From an uncultured Gammaproteobacteria bacterium (lineage in GTDB: Bacteria > Patescibacteriota > Patescibacteriia > Patescibacteriales > UBA12465): DNA of 64,000 bases. The notes under the pieces were generated by a model, which was not told the DNA's origin, searched no databases, and saw only the letters and a program-made list of their open reading frames with translations. The stretch covers positions 40,545-104,544 of the forward strand of contig CAZPPL010000003.1 in assembly GCA_964588465.1 (NCBI GenBank), given 5' to 3'. The position numbers were made by a program, and so were the translations under genes. Below, one piece after another: positions 19,663-29,133 of the stretch (position 1 is its first letter; each line of letters opens with the position of its first letter).

Positions 19663-21030
19663 ATGAAAAAAATATTAGCCATTGGTTGTGGCGGAGCAGG
19701 AATGTTTAGTTTAATTGTTCCAGCTCAACTTAAAAAAGGTAAATTTAAAACTACTGTTCTATCAGATGAGAAAGATATTTATTGTCGTTGTAGTACTCCT
19801 TATACTATCAGTGGACAGACTAGGCTAAAAGATGCTATTCAACCAGAGAGTATGTTTACCGAATATGGTTTTAAGATTATTCACGAAAAAGCGGTAAGAA
19901 TTATTACTAATAAAAAGCAGGTTAGAACTAATAAAGGACATATCTTAAATTATGATTATTTGGTTATTTCTACGGGGGCTTCGCCAGTCAGACCGAATAT
20001 AAAGGGCCTAAACGCTGATAATGTTTTTACCGTTAGAACGAGTAAGGACGCGGCTGATATTAAAAAGTTTGTTAAAAAAGGTAAAAAAGCTCTCATCATT
20101 GGTTCTGGAGTAATTGGTTTGGAGATGGCTGGCGCTTTAAGGAGTCAGGATGTTCAGGTTACTCTGGCTGAATATAATAATAGTATATCGGAGCATTTAG
20201 CTGATGCTGAATTTTCTGAAATGCTCATCTCTAATTTTAGAAAAAATAAAGTAGAGCTGATGTTTAATAGTCAGGTGTTAAAGATTAGCAAAACTAAAAA
20301 TAAGAAGTCAGAAGTATCAATAAAAAGAGCTGGTAAAATAGAAAAATTACTGGTTGATTTTGTTATACTTGCTGCTGGAGTAGCTCCCAATTTAGATATA
20401 ATAAAAAATACGGGGATTAAAGCTAATCGGAGAGGAATTCTGGTGGACCGTAGAATGCGTACTAATGTAAAAAATATTTTTGCTTGTGGAGATTGCTGCG
20501 ATCCAATATCAGCGGTGACTAGAGATAATCGTCCTAGCGAATTAGCCAGCTCTGCTATTCAACAAGCCAAAATTGTTGGTTTTCAAATTGCGGGCTATCC
20601 AATTAAATATGCGGGTGCCACTGGAGCTTTTGCCTTTAAAACTTTAGGTAAAGAGTATGCTGGTGCTGGTCTGACCGAAATTATGGCTCGTAAAAGATAT
20701 AAGTTTGTAGTTATAGGACGAGCTCAGACTACTGATATTTATCGAGATATGTTAGCTAAAAAACCTTTAGAAATAAAATTAATTTTTGCAGGATTACGAT
20801 TAAGATTAGTAGGCTATGAAGCCTTTGGTAGTGGAGTAATAGCCTCAGCCGAATTAGCTAGTTTCGCTATTGGCTTGCGTCTAAATATTTTATCGCTATT
20901 AAAATTTAATTACATTGCTCATCCTAGTTTGACTCCTTGGCCATTTATGAATCCGATTATTATGGCTACTGAAGATGCTATGGGTAAGGTGATGAATCGA
21001 TTAAAGTTATTACTTAGGTGGAAAAGTTAA
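19663..21030 (+). CDS. FAD/NAD(P)-dependent pyridine nucleotide-disulfide oxidoreductase (NADH oxidase / CoA-disulfide reductase family)
   Basis: N-terminal KILAIGCGGAGM dinucleotide fold, a second fold ALIIGSGVIGLEMAG, ACGDC, and a Cys-containing segment DIYCRCSTPY near residue 42. Confidence 0.8.
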   Translation: MKKILAIGCGGAGMFSLIVPAQLKKGKFKTTVLSDEKDIYCRCSTPYTISGQTRLKDAIQPESMFTEYGFKIIHEKAVRIITNKKQVRTNKGHILNYDYLVISTGASPVRPNIKGLNADNVFTVRTSKDAADIKKFVKKGKKALIIGSGVIGLEMAGALRSQDVQVTLAEYNNSISEHLADAEFSEMLISNFRKNKVELMFNSQVLKISKTKNKKSEVSIKRAGKIEKLLVDFVILAAGVAPNLDIIKNTGIKANRRGILVDRRMRTNVKNIFACGDCCDPISAVTRDNRPSELASSAIQQAKIVGFQIAGYPIKYAGATGAFAFKTLGKEYAGAGLTEIMARKRYKFVVIGRAQTTDIYRDMLAKKPLEIKLIFAGLRLRLVGYEAFGSGVIASAELASFAIGLRLNILSLLKFNYIAHPSLTPWPFMNPIIMATEDAMGKVMNRLKLLLRWKS

Positions 21031-21060
21031 TTCATATTTGTACAAGTTGGTTTTACTAAA

Positions 21061-21084
21061 AAAGCTACTTTTATAAGTAGCTTT
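21061..21084. terminator. Bidirectional terminator hairpin (10-bp perfect stem)
   Basis: AAAGCTACTT-TTAT-AAGTAGCTTT with flanking A/T runs. Lies between the convergent oxidoreductase gene and tRNA-Glu. Confidence 0.65.
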
Positions 21085-21092
21085 TAATTTAG

Positions 21093-21164
21093 TAGCCCCT
21101 ACGGGAGTTGAACCCGTCTTACCAGGATGAGAACCTGGCGTCCTAGCCGATAGACGAAAGGGCC
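21093..21164 (-). tRNA. tRNA-Glu (anticodon CUC)
   Basis: Minus-strand read GGCCCTT TC GTCT ATCGGCTA GGAC G CCAGG TTCTCAT CCTGG TAAG ACGGG TTCAACT CCCGT AGGGGCT A. It resembles bacterial tRNA-Glu throughout. Confidence 0.85.
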
Positions 21165-21176
21165 ATTTGGATATAT

Positions 21177-22127
21177 TTATTGTAAAATTTTGCCAATAAT
21201 ATTTTGGTGTCCACTTAAAAAGTTTTTTGCAGTCATAACTTTTTTTCCAGCCATTTGTAGCTCTGATATGATTAAGGAGTCCGTTCCACATTGTACCGCT
21301 AATTTATTTTCAGTTAAGAATATTTTTCCAATTTTATGCTTATTATTTTCTAGAATTTTATTTTCTACACTTTTTATTTTTAATATTTTTTTATTAACCG
21401 TGGAATAAGTCCCTGGCCAAGGGTTATAGGCTCGGACCATCCTCTCAATTTCTAAAGCTGATTTTTTCCAATCAATTCTGCCATCTTCCTTATTAATAAT
21501 CTTCACATAACTAGCTTTTGTTTCTTCTTGAATTTGAGGCTTAATATCACCAGCCATAAAATCTTTAAGTGTGGGAATAAGCAGTTTGGCTCCTAGCTGA
21601 GACAATCTGTCTCGGATTTTCTCTAGATTTTCTTGATCAGTCAATTGTATTTTAGCTTGCCGTAAAATAGGTCCAGTGTCAAGTCCAGCGTCCATTTTCA
21701 TTATAGTTATTCCAGTCTCTTGGTCTCCGTTTAAAATAGGAGCGTTTAAGCAGGCGGCTCCGCGGTATTTAGGTAATAGGGAAGCATGAACATTAATACC
21801 TCCGAAACGAGGAAGCTTTAAAATCTCTGGAGGAATAATTTTTCCATAAGCTATTACTACAATTAAATCAGGATTAAGTCTCTGAATATTAGCAATTTCA
21901 TTTTTAAGGCTATGGGGTTGAAAAATTGCTAAATTATTTTCTACAGCCAAGCGTTTAACTGCTGGAGGAGTTAATATTTGGTGGCGTCCTATTGGTTTAT
22001 CTGGCGAAGTAAATACTCCCACAATATTAAAGTCTGGGCTAGTAATGAGTGTTTTCAGTCCAGGTAGAGCAAAATCTGGTGTGCCCATAAAGATTAAACG
22101 TATTTTTTTATTATAACTAATTGGCAT
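21177..22127 (-). CDS. fmt: Methionyl-tRNA formyltransferase
   Basis: IRLIFMGTPDFALP, NVHASLLPKYRGAA and the HxSLLPxxRG motif; 316 aa. Confidence 0.93.
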   Translation of the reverse strand: MPISYNKKIRLIFMGTPDFALPGLKTLITSPDFNIVGVFTSPDKPIGRHQILTPPAVKRLAVENNLAIFQPHSLKNEIANIQRLNPDLIVVIAYGKIIPPEILKLPRFGGINVHASLLPKYRGAACLNAPILNGDQETGITIMKMDAGLDTGPILRQAKIQLTDQENLEKIRDRLSQLGAKLLIPTLKDFMAGDIKPQIQEETKASYVKIINKEDGRIDWKKSALEIERMVRAYNPWPGTYSTVNKKILKIKSVENKILENNKHKIGKIFLTENKLAVQCGTDSLIISELQMAGKKVMTAKNFLSGHQNIIGKILQ

Positions 22128-22131
22128 AAAA

Positions 22132-22773
22132 ATGAATCAATGTTATATTGTAATTATGTTAGAAACTTTTTTTACTTGGGCTTTATCTATCACTCAGGGT
22201 TTGGGCTATACCGGTATTGGAATTTTGATGACTATAGAAAGCTCTTTTTTGCCTTTTCCTTCGGAAATAATTATTCCTCCAGCAGCCTATTTAGCCAGTC
22301 AAGGACAAATGAATTTATGGTTGATTATTGTTATTGGTGTACTGGGCAGTGTAGTAGGAGCAGTGGTAAATTATTTTTTGGCCAGCTATTTAGGGCGTCC
22401 CTTAATTTATAAATTAGCAGCTAAGCCTTGGGCTCACTTAATATTACTTAATCCAGAAAAAATTGAACGAGCAGAAAAATATTTTTTACTTAATGCTAAT
22501 TCAGCTACTTTTTTAGGTCGTTTGATTCCAGTTATTAGGCAACTAATATCTCTGCCTGCTGGTTTTTCTCGTATGCCTTTTAGTCGCTTTGTTATTTTAA
22601 CTACCTTAGGTTCAGTTCTCTGGGTAAGTATATTAGCCGCTCTAGGCTATTTTATTGGAGCTAATCATACTTTATTAATTAAATATTATCAAGAAATATC
22701 TTGGGTTTTATTAAGTATAGGGATAATTTGGTTTATTGGGAGATTAAATAAAAGGAAAAAAAATAGAATTTAG
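22132..22773 (+). CDS. DedA family membrane protein
   Basis: GYTGIGILMTIESSFLPFPSEIIIPPAAY and GRLIPVIRQLISLPAG DedA signatures. ATG at 22156 (MLETFF...) is an alternative start. Confidence 0.85.
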   Translation: MNQCYIVIMLETFFTWALSITQGLGYTGIGILMTIESSFLPFPSEIIIPPAAYLASQGQMNLWLIIVIGVLGSVVGAVVNYFLASYLGRPLIYKLAAKPWAHLILLNPEKIERAEKYFLLNANSATFLGRLIPVIRQLISLPAGFSRMPFSRFVILTTLGSVLWVSILAALGYFIGANHTLLIKYYQEISWVLLSIGIIWFIGRLNKRKKNRI

Positions 22774-22780
22774 CTTATAT

Positions 22781-23254
22781 TTAATTTTCTACTAATTTAT
22801 CAATAAATAATATTCCATCTAAATGGTCTATTTCATGCTGAATGATGCGAGCTAAGGTTTTCTCCGCTTTTATTTTTTTCTTATTGCCGTGTTTATCTAG
22901 ATAAATACAATTAATTCTTTTATGGCGTTCTACTAGTCCATAAATAATTTTTCCTTTATTATCTAAAACCGATAAACAACCCTCTTCTTTGACATCTTTT
23001 GCCCAAGATTTTTTGGTAATTTGAGGGTTGATTAAAAACATTATTTTTTTTCCATTAAGAAGAGCTAAGGCGCGGATATTCTTTCCAACTTGCGGAGCCG
23101 CCAAACCAGCCCCATCTTTTTGAGTCATAGTTTCCTCAATATTTGTAAATAATTCTTGCAATTTTGGATTATTAATATCAGTGGCTGGGATTTCCAATGA
23201 TTTTTTCCTCAGAATAGGGTTAGGGTGAATAATTATTGTTAATGGTTTAGACAT
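22781..23254 (-). CDS. def: Peptide deformylase
   Basis: GAGLAAPQVG, EGCLS and HEIDHLDG, the three canonical PDF motifs. Confidence 0.94.
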   Translation of the reverse strand: MSKPLTIIIHPNPILRKKSLEIPATDINNPKLQELFTNIEETMTQKDGAGLAAPQVGKNIRALALLNGKKIMFLINPQITKKSWAKDVKEEGCLSVLDNKGKIIYGLVERHKRINCIYLDKHGNKKKIKAEKTLARIIQHEIDHLDGILFIDKLVEN

Positions 23255-23266
23255 ATATAAAATTTA

Positions 23267-23512
23267 TTATTTTTGATCAACTATTTTAAAAAAATACTTC
23301 CATTTAGAACCGCTAGTACATAATTCTTTGGTATCGTTTAAAGCTAATTTTATTGTTTTATTAGAATTTTCTTTACAAACCTTAAAAACCGCTCCGCGTT
23401 TGAAACTAGGAATAGCTAATTCTTTAATAACTTGTAGAGCTAACTCTTGCCAGGGGTAACTAGGAGCTTTGGGGTTTTTTTTATTTTTTATGATTTCTGA
23501 CCATGATTCCAT
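23267..23512 (-). CDS. Hypothetical protein (81 aa)
   Basis: ORF packed tightly between def and the LigB-like gene. No motif recognised. Confidence 0.5.
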   Translation of the reverse strand: MESWSEIIKNKKNPKAPSYPWQELALQVIKELAIPSFKRGAVFKVCKENSNKTIKLALNDTKELCTSGSKWKYFFKIVDQK

Positions 23513-23548
23513 ATAATCAGTAATAATTTATGCTATAAATTAGCGATT

Positions 23549-24355
23549 TTAATCCGAATCAATTTCAAAATTCATACTTAAATATCCAACTCCAAAATCA
23601 GTCTGATAAGCTAATACTTGAGATTTCCAAGTTAATCCGCTTAAGATTCCTAAAACTACTAGTAGCGGTTTTAAACCACATTCCATAGCTTCCTCAATTA
23701 GTTTTGAATCCATTCTTAGGATATTATCAATAGCGGTTAAAGGTTCACTTAAATATTCAATTAATTTATTATCAAATTTAGCTCCTTTAGGCGAATAATT
23801 TCCTGGTGATTTTTTCTGTAAACGATGAGACAGGTCGCCAGAAGCTATCACCGCGATATTTTTTTCATTGGTGACAATTAGTTCTTGCAGTTTTTTCCCA
23901 AATTTTATTTGTTCTTTTAAAGACAATTCCTTTGCGGGGTAGATAATAACAATTTTTAAATTGGCGGATACTTGTTTTAGTAGATATAAAGGGATAGCGC
24001 TGCCACTATCTATAGTTTTTTCAGATATAAGTTGCAGTGGCCAATCTGGACGAAGAGTGGCCTGAATCTCATCGGCCAACAGAGCATCACCGTTTAAAAT
24101 AATTTTAGGGTTAATAAAGCCGAAATCTTTTAGGTTTATTTCCATCTCGGGAGCAACATTTATTACAAAGGAATCAGCTTGACTTAATCCGTGCGGACTG
24201 ATTACTATGATGGTATCCACTTCATCATTTTTTAATTTGTTGGCTAATTGCTTATAGGCAGATGTAGTTTTGGCCAAGAAGCCATAATTAGCTTGACCAA
24301 TCTCTGGAATTAGCAGGGGCGAATGAGGAAGTAATGTAGTAGTAATTAAGGCCAT
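23549..24355 (-). CDS. LigB/Memo-superfamily (class III extradiol dioxygenase-like) protein
   Basis: The N-terminus LLPHSPLLIPEIG...IIVISPHG and a later SGDLSHRL segment are typical of the LigB/AmmeMemoRadiSam-B fold. Confidence 0.6.
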   Translation of the reverse strand: MALITTTLLPHSPLLIPEIGQANYGFLAKTTSAYKQLANKLKNDEVDTIIVISPHGLSQADSFVINVAPEMEINLKDFGFINPKIILNGDALLADEIQATLRPDWPLQLISEKTIDSGSAIPLYLLKQVSANLKIVIIYPAKELSLKEQIKFGKKLQELIVTNEKNIAVIASGDLSHRLQKKSPGNYSPKGAKFDNKLIEYLSEPLTAIDNILRMDSKLIEEAMECGLKPLLVVLGILSGLTWKSQVLAYQTDFGVGYLSMNFEIDSD

Positions 24356-24360
24356 ATCGT

Positions 24361-25848
24361 TTATTTGATGGGTTTACCCATATTATAATTATAAAGGAAT
24401 TGTGAAGAAACCGCTACAACATTAGCATAATTATATCCTAATTTTTTAAACACCGCTTCACTAGCAAAGGGACGTTTTTTACCGCCAGAAATTAGATATA
24501 CTGTAGGAAAACTAGTAGTTTTTACTAGAGTACCTTCGTTTAATAAAATTGGGCTAGTAGTAGCGTAAGCTTCCAATTTTTTAGAACTGACTTTTATAAT
24601 TCTTTGATAAGGGAACTTTAAAGGTAAAAGAATTTTATCAACTAAAGCTCTAGTACCGTTTTGAACATAATAAATTTTATGAGTTTTTTGATCTTGCAGT
24701 AGAGCTCCAGTGACGTAAGTGGAGGTGGCAGTTATACTAGATCCGGTTTTGTAAGATTGTAGATCAGCCACTGTTGCCACTTCTATTTCACCAGGATTAA
24801 AACCAATCTTTTTAAACACCGCTTCACTGACAAATGGTCTTTTTTGTTTATCTACTAGTAAATATATTTTTTTATTTGGGGTTTGTACCACGGAATAATT
24901 AGCAAATTTAATAATATTACCTGTTGGATACTTATTTAAATCTGCTTTAGTAACTTGTACTATTTGTTTAGGACTAAATCTAGATATAAAAGCGGACCAA
25001 TTAGCAAATAAACGTTTATGACCGCCTTCAATTAGCCATACGCGGGGATCATTTTTAGCTTTTATAACTGAACCATCAGGATAAGTTCTAGAAATACTAG
25101 GGAAATAGCGATTCCATAATTTATAAAAATTATAATTACCATTAAAAACATGGGGGGTGTAGTCATATAGAGCAGCAGTAGCTCTATTTTCTGGGATTAC
25201 AGTCATACTTCGCTTATTGGAGTTAAGATAAGGATTAATAGTGTTGTAAATGGTGTAAGGTTTTCCGGCTTGATAATTATAGTAATTAGGGTTTTTCATA
25301 TAAGATAGAAATTGCAAGGCTGCACTGTTTACTTGTTTGCCAAAGCCTTTGTAATAAGGGTTACATATCCAACTATCTGGGCAACCATAACCAGTGGCCC
25401 AATCTAGATGTCTTTGTGGTGGGTTAGTATCTTCTATTAAACTTTGTTCTTTTTGCAGTAAAACTAAAATTAGTTTAGGGTTAACCGTAGTGATGTGTTT
25501 ACATTTAGCTATTTTTTCTGCCTTACTAGGAGAAGCACTTAAGGTTACTCCATCACAATCATAGTTATTATGAGTAGCATTATAGATAATTCTTGCTGCC
25601 GAGCTACGTTGTCCATTACTATCAATAGCCGTATAATTAGTTAAAAAACTTCCTTTGCTAATTAAGAAATTTTCTATATCATTCAAATTCATCGCTTTAT
25701 AATCTAATAATTGATTATTGCTTATAATTCTATTGGGATTAAAACTAGGGTCAATACTAGTTTGGGCTTGGGATAATTGAGGCCATAATAGCCCTAGATA
25801 GGAAATAAGTAATATTAAAACAATAATAATGACTTTTTGAGATTTCAT
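24361..25848 (-). CDS. Secreted protein: N-terminal Cys-containing domain plus four ~55-aa C-terminal repeats
   Basis: ATG at 25848 gives signal peptide MKSQKVIIIVLILLISYLGLLWPQLSQAQT. Repeats include ...YLLVDKQKRPFVSEAVFKKIGFNPGEIEV... and ...YLISGGKKRPFASEAVFKKLGYNYANVVAV.... The track start at 25917 would overlap the clpB stop. Confidence 0.6.
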   Translation of the reverse strand: MKSQKVIIIVLILLISYLGLLWPQLSQAQTSIDPSFNPNRIISNNQLLDYKAMNLNDIENFLISKGSFLTNYTAIDSNGQRSSAARIIYNATHNNYDCDGVTLSASPSKAEKIAKCKHITTVNPKLILVLLQKEQSLIEDTNPPQRHLDWATGYGCPDSWICNPYYKGFGKQVNSAALQFLSYMKNPNYYNYQAGKPYTIYNTINPYLNSNKRSMTVIPENRATAALYDYTPHVFNGNYNFYKLWNRYFPSISRTYPDGSVIKAKNDPRVWLIEGGHKRLFANWSAFISRFSPKQIVQVTKADLNKYPTGNIIKFANYSVVQTPNKKIYLLVDKQKRPFVSEAVFKKIGFNPGEIEVATVADLQSYKTGSSITATSTYVTGALLQDQKTHKIYYVQNGTRALVDKILLPLKFPYQRIIKVSSKKLEAYATTSPILLNEGTLVKTTSFPTVYLISGGKKRPFASEAVFKKLGYNYANVVAVSSQFLYNYNMGKPIK

Positions 25849-25909
25849 TGTTATATTATAGTATATTTTTTTATTTGCGACAAAAGATATTAGACTAGGG
25901 TTGTTTCTT

Positions 25910-28552
25910 TTATTCATTAACTTTTACAGTTATCGCCTCTTGAGCGTTTAAACTTATTTTTACTTTATCACCTTCCTTGATTTTACCTCTAATTATTTCT
26001 CCAGCTAATTCGTCCAAAATCATAGTTTGAATAATACGTTTTAAAGGGCGAGCGCCATAAGTGATATCGTAACCCTTTTCCGCTAATAATTTTTTTATTT
26101 TATAACTAATTTTGACCGAAATATTTTTATTGTTCAATCTTTTTTCCACTTTAAAAATTTCTAAATCTACAATTCTTTCCAATACTTTGGGAGTTAAAGC
26201 TTTAAATAGAACAATTTCATCAATTCTGTTAAGGAATTCTAGTTTAAAATTATTTTTTAAGATTTTATCTATTTTTTCCTGCATTTCTTTCTCGCGTAAT
26301 TTGTTAATCTCAATTTTATTGTCTGCACCAGTGAAGCCAATAGAATATTGTTTAATTATTTCATTACCTAGATTAGAAGTCATGATTATTATAGTATTCT
26401 TGAAATTTATCATTCGTCCTTTAGAGTCGGTTAGATGTCCATCGTCTAGAATTTGTAGGAGCATATTAAACATATCGGGATGAGCTTTCTCAATTTCATC
26501 AAATAGTACCACGCTGTAAGGGCGTCGGCGAACTTTATCAGTTAATTGTCCTCCTTCGTCATAACCAACATAACCTGGGGGAGATCCAATTAATTTTGCT
26601 ACAGAATGTTTTTCCATAAATTCACTCATATCTAAACGAATTAAGGATTTTTCATCGTCAAACATAAAACGGGCTAGGGCTTTGGCCAGTTCAGTTTTAC
26701 CTACTCCAGAAGGACCTACGAATAAAAAGGAACCAATAGGTTTTTTTTCTTCATTAATGCCCGCCCTGCTACGACGTAAAGCATTGGCCACTGCTTTAAT
26801 TGCTGGATCTTGGCCTACTACTTCTTTTTTTAACTCATTTTCGGCATTACTAAGTTTTTTAATTTCATCTTGTAGCATACGATTTAGAGGAATACCAGTC
26901 CAGCGAGCTACTACTTTAGCGATATCTTCTTCATCTACTTCTTCTTTTAATATTCGTTGTCCTTTATTTTGTATTTTGAGTAATTCTTCTTGTGATTTTT
27001 TAATCTTATTCTCTAATTTTGGAATCAGACTATATTTAATTTCAGCCACTTTAGTCAGATTTGCTCCTTGACGTTGGGCAATTTCTGCTTTAGTTTTTAA
27101 ATTTTCTATTTCTTTTTTAGAGCCACGAATTTGAGAAATAATATTTTTTTCATTGTTCCAATGTAATTCCAGTTGATCAGCTTTTTCTCTGAGTTTAGCC
27201 AACTCCATTTTAAGTGATCGCAGTTTTGGTGATTTTTTATTATTAGTAGTAGCTAGACCCGCTTTATTCAATTCTAATTGATTGATTCTACGTTTTAATT
27301 GGTCTAATTCATCAGGTATAGAATCTATTTCCATACGTAGGGAAGAGGTAGCTTCATCCATTAAATCCACTGCTTTATCTGGCAAGAAACGATCGCTAAT
27401 ATAACGGTTAGACAATTTAACCGCAGCAATTAAAGCATCATCGGTGATTCTAACTCCATGATGGACTTCGTATTTTGTTTTTAGTCCACGTAACATACTT
27501 ATAGCATCATCAATACTAGGCTCGTTCACATAAATTGGTTGAAAGCGACGTTCTAGAGCTGAATCTCGTTCAATATATTTTTTATATTCTTTAGTGGTGG
27601 TGGCTCCAATAGTTCGTAATTCGCCACGGGCTAGGGCTGGTTTTAGCATATTAGAAGCATCTATAGTTCCTTCAGGAGCACCAGCGCCAATAAGCGTATG
27701 TAATTCGTCAATAAATAATATAATACGACCAGCCTGAGAAGTTACTTCTTTTAATACGGCTTTAAGTCGATCTTCAAATTCTCCTCGGAATTTGGCACCA
27801 GCCACTAAAGATCCTAAATCTAAGGTAACGATTTCTTTATTTTGTAAATTTTCTGGTACATCGCCAGCTATAATGCGTTGTGCTAAACCTTCCACGATTG
27901 CGGTTTTGCCAGTTCCAGCTTCACCGATTAAAACTGGATTATTTTTAGTGCGACGAAGCAATACCTGCATAATACGACGGATTTCTTGATCTCGGCCAAT
28001 AACTGGATCTAATTTTTCTTTTCTAGCTAATTCAGTCAAATTTGTAGTATATTTTTCTAAAACTCTATATTTATTCTCGGGAAAAGGATCAATAACTCTT
28101 TGAGAGCCACGTAGAGCTTTTAAAATATTTTTTACATTTTGATATTCAACTTTAAAATTTAGTAAAACGCTCTGAGCTGGCGAGGGAACTCCGATTAAAG
28201 ACAATAGAATATGTTCGGTAGAAATGAATTCATCATCCATACCGTCGGCTTCTTTCTGCGCTCGTTCTAGAATCAAAGCCGTTTCTGCTGTTCCCGATAC
28301 AGCTTGTATTGGACCAGATTCGGTATTTATTTTTAGACGTGGTAATTTTTTTATTTCCTTTAAGGTATACTCTTCAATTATCTCTGGATCAATTTTCATT
28401 TTCTCCAAAACTGGTTTAATCAAGCCTTCATTTTGTTGTAATAAAGCGAGTAGAACATGAAGAGCTTCAATATTACTTTGACCGTAGGTGGAAGCAATAA
28501 TCTGGGCATTAATAATAACTTCTTGTGATTTATCCGTGAATTTATTAAACAT
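25910..28552 (-). CDS. clpB: Hsp100/Clp chaperone, ClpB-type (two AAA+ modules, long coiled-coil M-domain)
   Basis: Clp_N repeats; D1 [15 protein letters not shown] / ILFIDELH; pore loop AKFRGEFE; a ~135-aa coiled-coil linker; D2 [12 protein letters not shown] / [13 protein letters not shown] at 28552 ([10 protein letters not shown]) is preferred. Confidence 0.9.
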   Translation of the reverse strand: MFNKFTDKSQEVIINAQIIASTYGQSNIEALHVLLALLQQNEGLIKPVLEKMKIDPEIIEEYTLKEIKKLPRLKINTESGPIQAVSGTAETALILERAQKEADGMDDEFISTEHILLSLIGVPSPAQSVLLNFKVEYQNVKNILKALRGSQRVIDPFPENKYRVLEKYTTNLTELARKEKLDPVIGRDQEIRRIMQVLLRRTKNNPVLIGEAGTGKTAIVEGLAQRIIAGDVPENLQNKEIVTLDLGSLVAGAKFRGEFEDRLKAVLKEVTSQAGRIILFIDELHTLIGAGAPEGTIDASNMLKPALARGELRTIGATTTKEYKKYIERDSALERRFQPIYVNEPSIDDAISMLRGLKTKYEVHHGVRITDDALIAAVKLSNRYISDRFLPDKAVDLMDEATSSLRMEIDSIPDELDQLKRRINQLELNKAGLATTNNKKSPKLRSLKMELAKLREKADQLELHWNNEKNIISQIRGSKKEIENLKTKAEIAQRQGANLTKVAEIKYSLIPKLENKIKKSQEELLKIQNKGQRILKEEVDEEDIAKVVARWTGIPLNRMLQDEIKKLSNAENELKKEVVGQDPAIKAVANALRRSRAGINEEKKPIGSFLFVGPSGVGKTELAKALARFMFDDEKSLIRLDMSEFMEKHSVAKLIGSPPGYVGYDEGGQLTDKVRRRPYSVVLFDEIEKAHPDMFNMLLQILDDGHLTDSKGRMINFKNTIIIMTSNLGNEIIKQYSIGFTGADNKIEINKLREKEMQEKIDKILKNNFKLEFLNRIDEIVLFKALTPKVLERIVDLEIFKVEKRLNNKNISVKISYKIKKLLAEKGYDITYGARPLKRIIQTMILDELAGEIIRGKIKEGDKVKISLNAQEAITVKVNE

Positions 28553-28580
28553 ATATTTGAGTTTATTCAATCTTTATTTA

Positions 28581-28607
28581 TTAGCACTCTTGTTATGTGA
28601 GTGCTAA
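28581..28607. promoter_or_regulatory. CIRCE element (HrcA operator): TTAGCACTC-N9-GAGTGCTAA
   Basis: Exact match to the CIRCE consensus inverted repeat, 29 nt upstream of the clpB ATG. Confidence 0.85.
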
Positions 28608-28612
28608 TTTAT

Positions 28613-28641
28613 ATCATAATACAAGAATAATTAGTTGTCAA
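28613..28641 (-). promoter_or_regulatory. Putative clpB promoter (TTGACA-17-TATGAT on minus strand)
   Basis: Reverse complement of 28636-28641 is TTGACA and of 28613-28618 is TATGAT. The predicted TSS falls inside CIRCE. Confidence 0.55.
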
Positions 28642-28664
28642 TCATAATTAAGATGTGATATAAT
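28635..28664 (+). promoter_or_regulatory. Putative promoter for the 28703 operon (TTGTCA-18-TGnTATAAT)
   Basis: TTGTCA at 28635-28640 and TATAAT at 28659-28664 with an extended -10 TG at 28656-28657. Its -35 overlaps the clpB -35 on the opposite strand. Confidence 0.5.
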
Positions 28665-28702
28665 CTTAATATAAAATGATTGATTTTTAGTTTTTAAGCC
28701 TT

Positions 28703-29071
28703 ATGGCTGAATATAATTTTTTAACTTATAGTGGTAAGATTATTATCCAAATTTTAGGAGAAATTTTATATTTTCCACTTTGGTGGTATAGTGTCGGCTT
28801 CCTTCGTTTACTAGTTGGTTTGGGTAAATTCTTACGAAATCAAGAAGCTTCATTAGGTTTTAGTATTTGGCTTAAAAATATTTTTGTTCCCATGTATGGC
28901 CAACGTGATTTCACTAGCCGTTTAATTAGTTTTGTAATGCGTAGCATACAGATAATAGTACGTGGTCTGGGACTTTTATTTTTAGTTCTATTATCATTCC
29001 TAATAGCAATCTTATGGTTGGCTTTTCCAATATTTTTGATTTATGCTTTGAGTTCTCAATTGTTTAGATAG
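28703..29071 (+). CDS. Small integral membrane protein (122 aa), unknown function
   Basis: Hydrophobic N-terminal segment ILYFPLWWYSVGFLRLLVGL and C-terminal segment LLFLVLLSFLIAILWLAFPIFLIYAL. Lies upstream of the Clp-like gene. Confidence 0.6.
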   Translation: MAEYNFLTYSGKIIIQILGEILYFPLWWYSVGFLRLLVGLGKFLRNQEASLGFSIWLKNIFVPMYGQRDFTSRLISFVMRSIQIIVRGLGLLFLVLLSFLIAILWLAFPIFLIYALSSQLFR

Positions 29072-29133
29072 TAGTAAATTATGGTTGATATAATTTGTAA
29101 ATAAATTTTATAATTTTTAAGTAGAATTAATGT

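Noticed and set aside
21010-21408. ORFs 21010-21291 (-) and 21190-21408 (+)
   Set aside because: The first runs straight through tRNA-Glu and the terminator hairpin. The second is antisense to fmt. Neither is plausible as a gene.
26112-28460. Four plus-strand ORFs of 65-129 aa in the track (26112-26483, 26682-27071, 27792-27989, 28224-28460)
   Set aside because: All lie antisense inside the well-supported clpB gene. Their Ser/Ile/Phe-rich low-complexity translations are typical of shadow frames, and none has a motif.
4524-28570. Longer N-terminal extensions given by the ORF track for gatB (6059), tmk (7264), murA (16397), the secreted repeat protein (25917) and clpB (28570)
   Set aside because: The extensions overlap upstream genes or promoters. 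They precede internal ATGs that align with the conserved N-termini (MTYDTIIG, MQTTKGKFIVIDG, MANLLINGG, signal peptide [19 protein letters not shown]). I reported the shorter forms.
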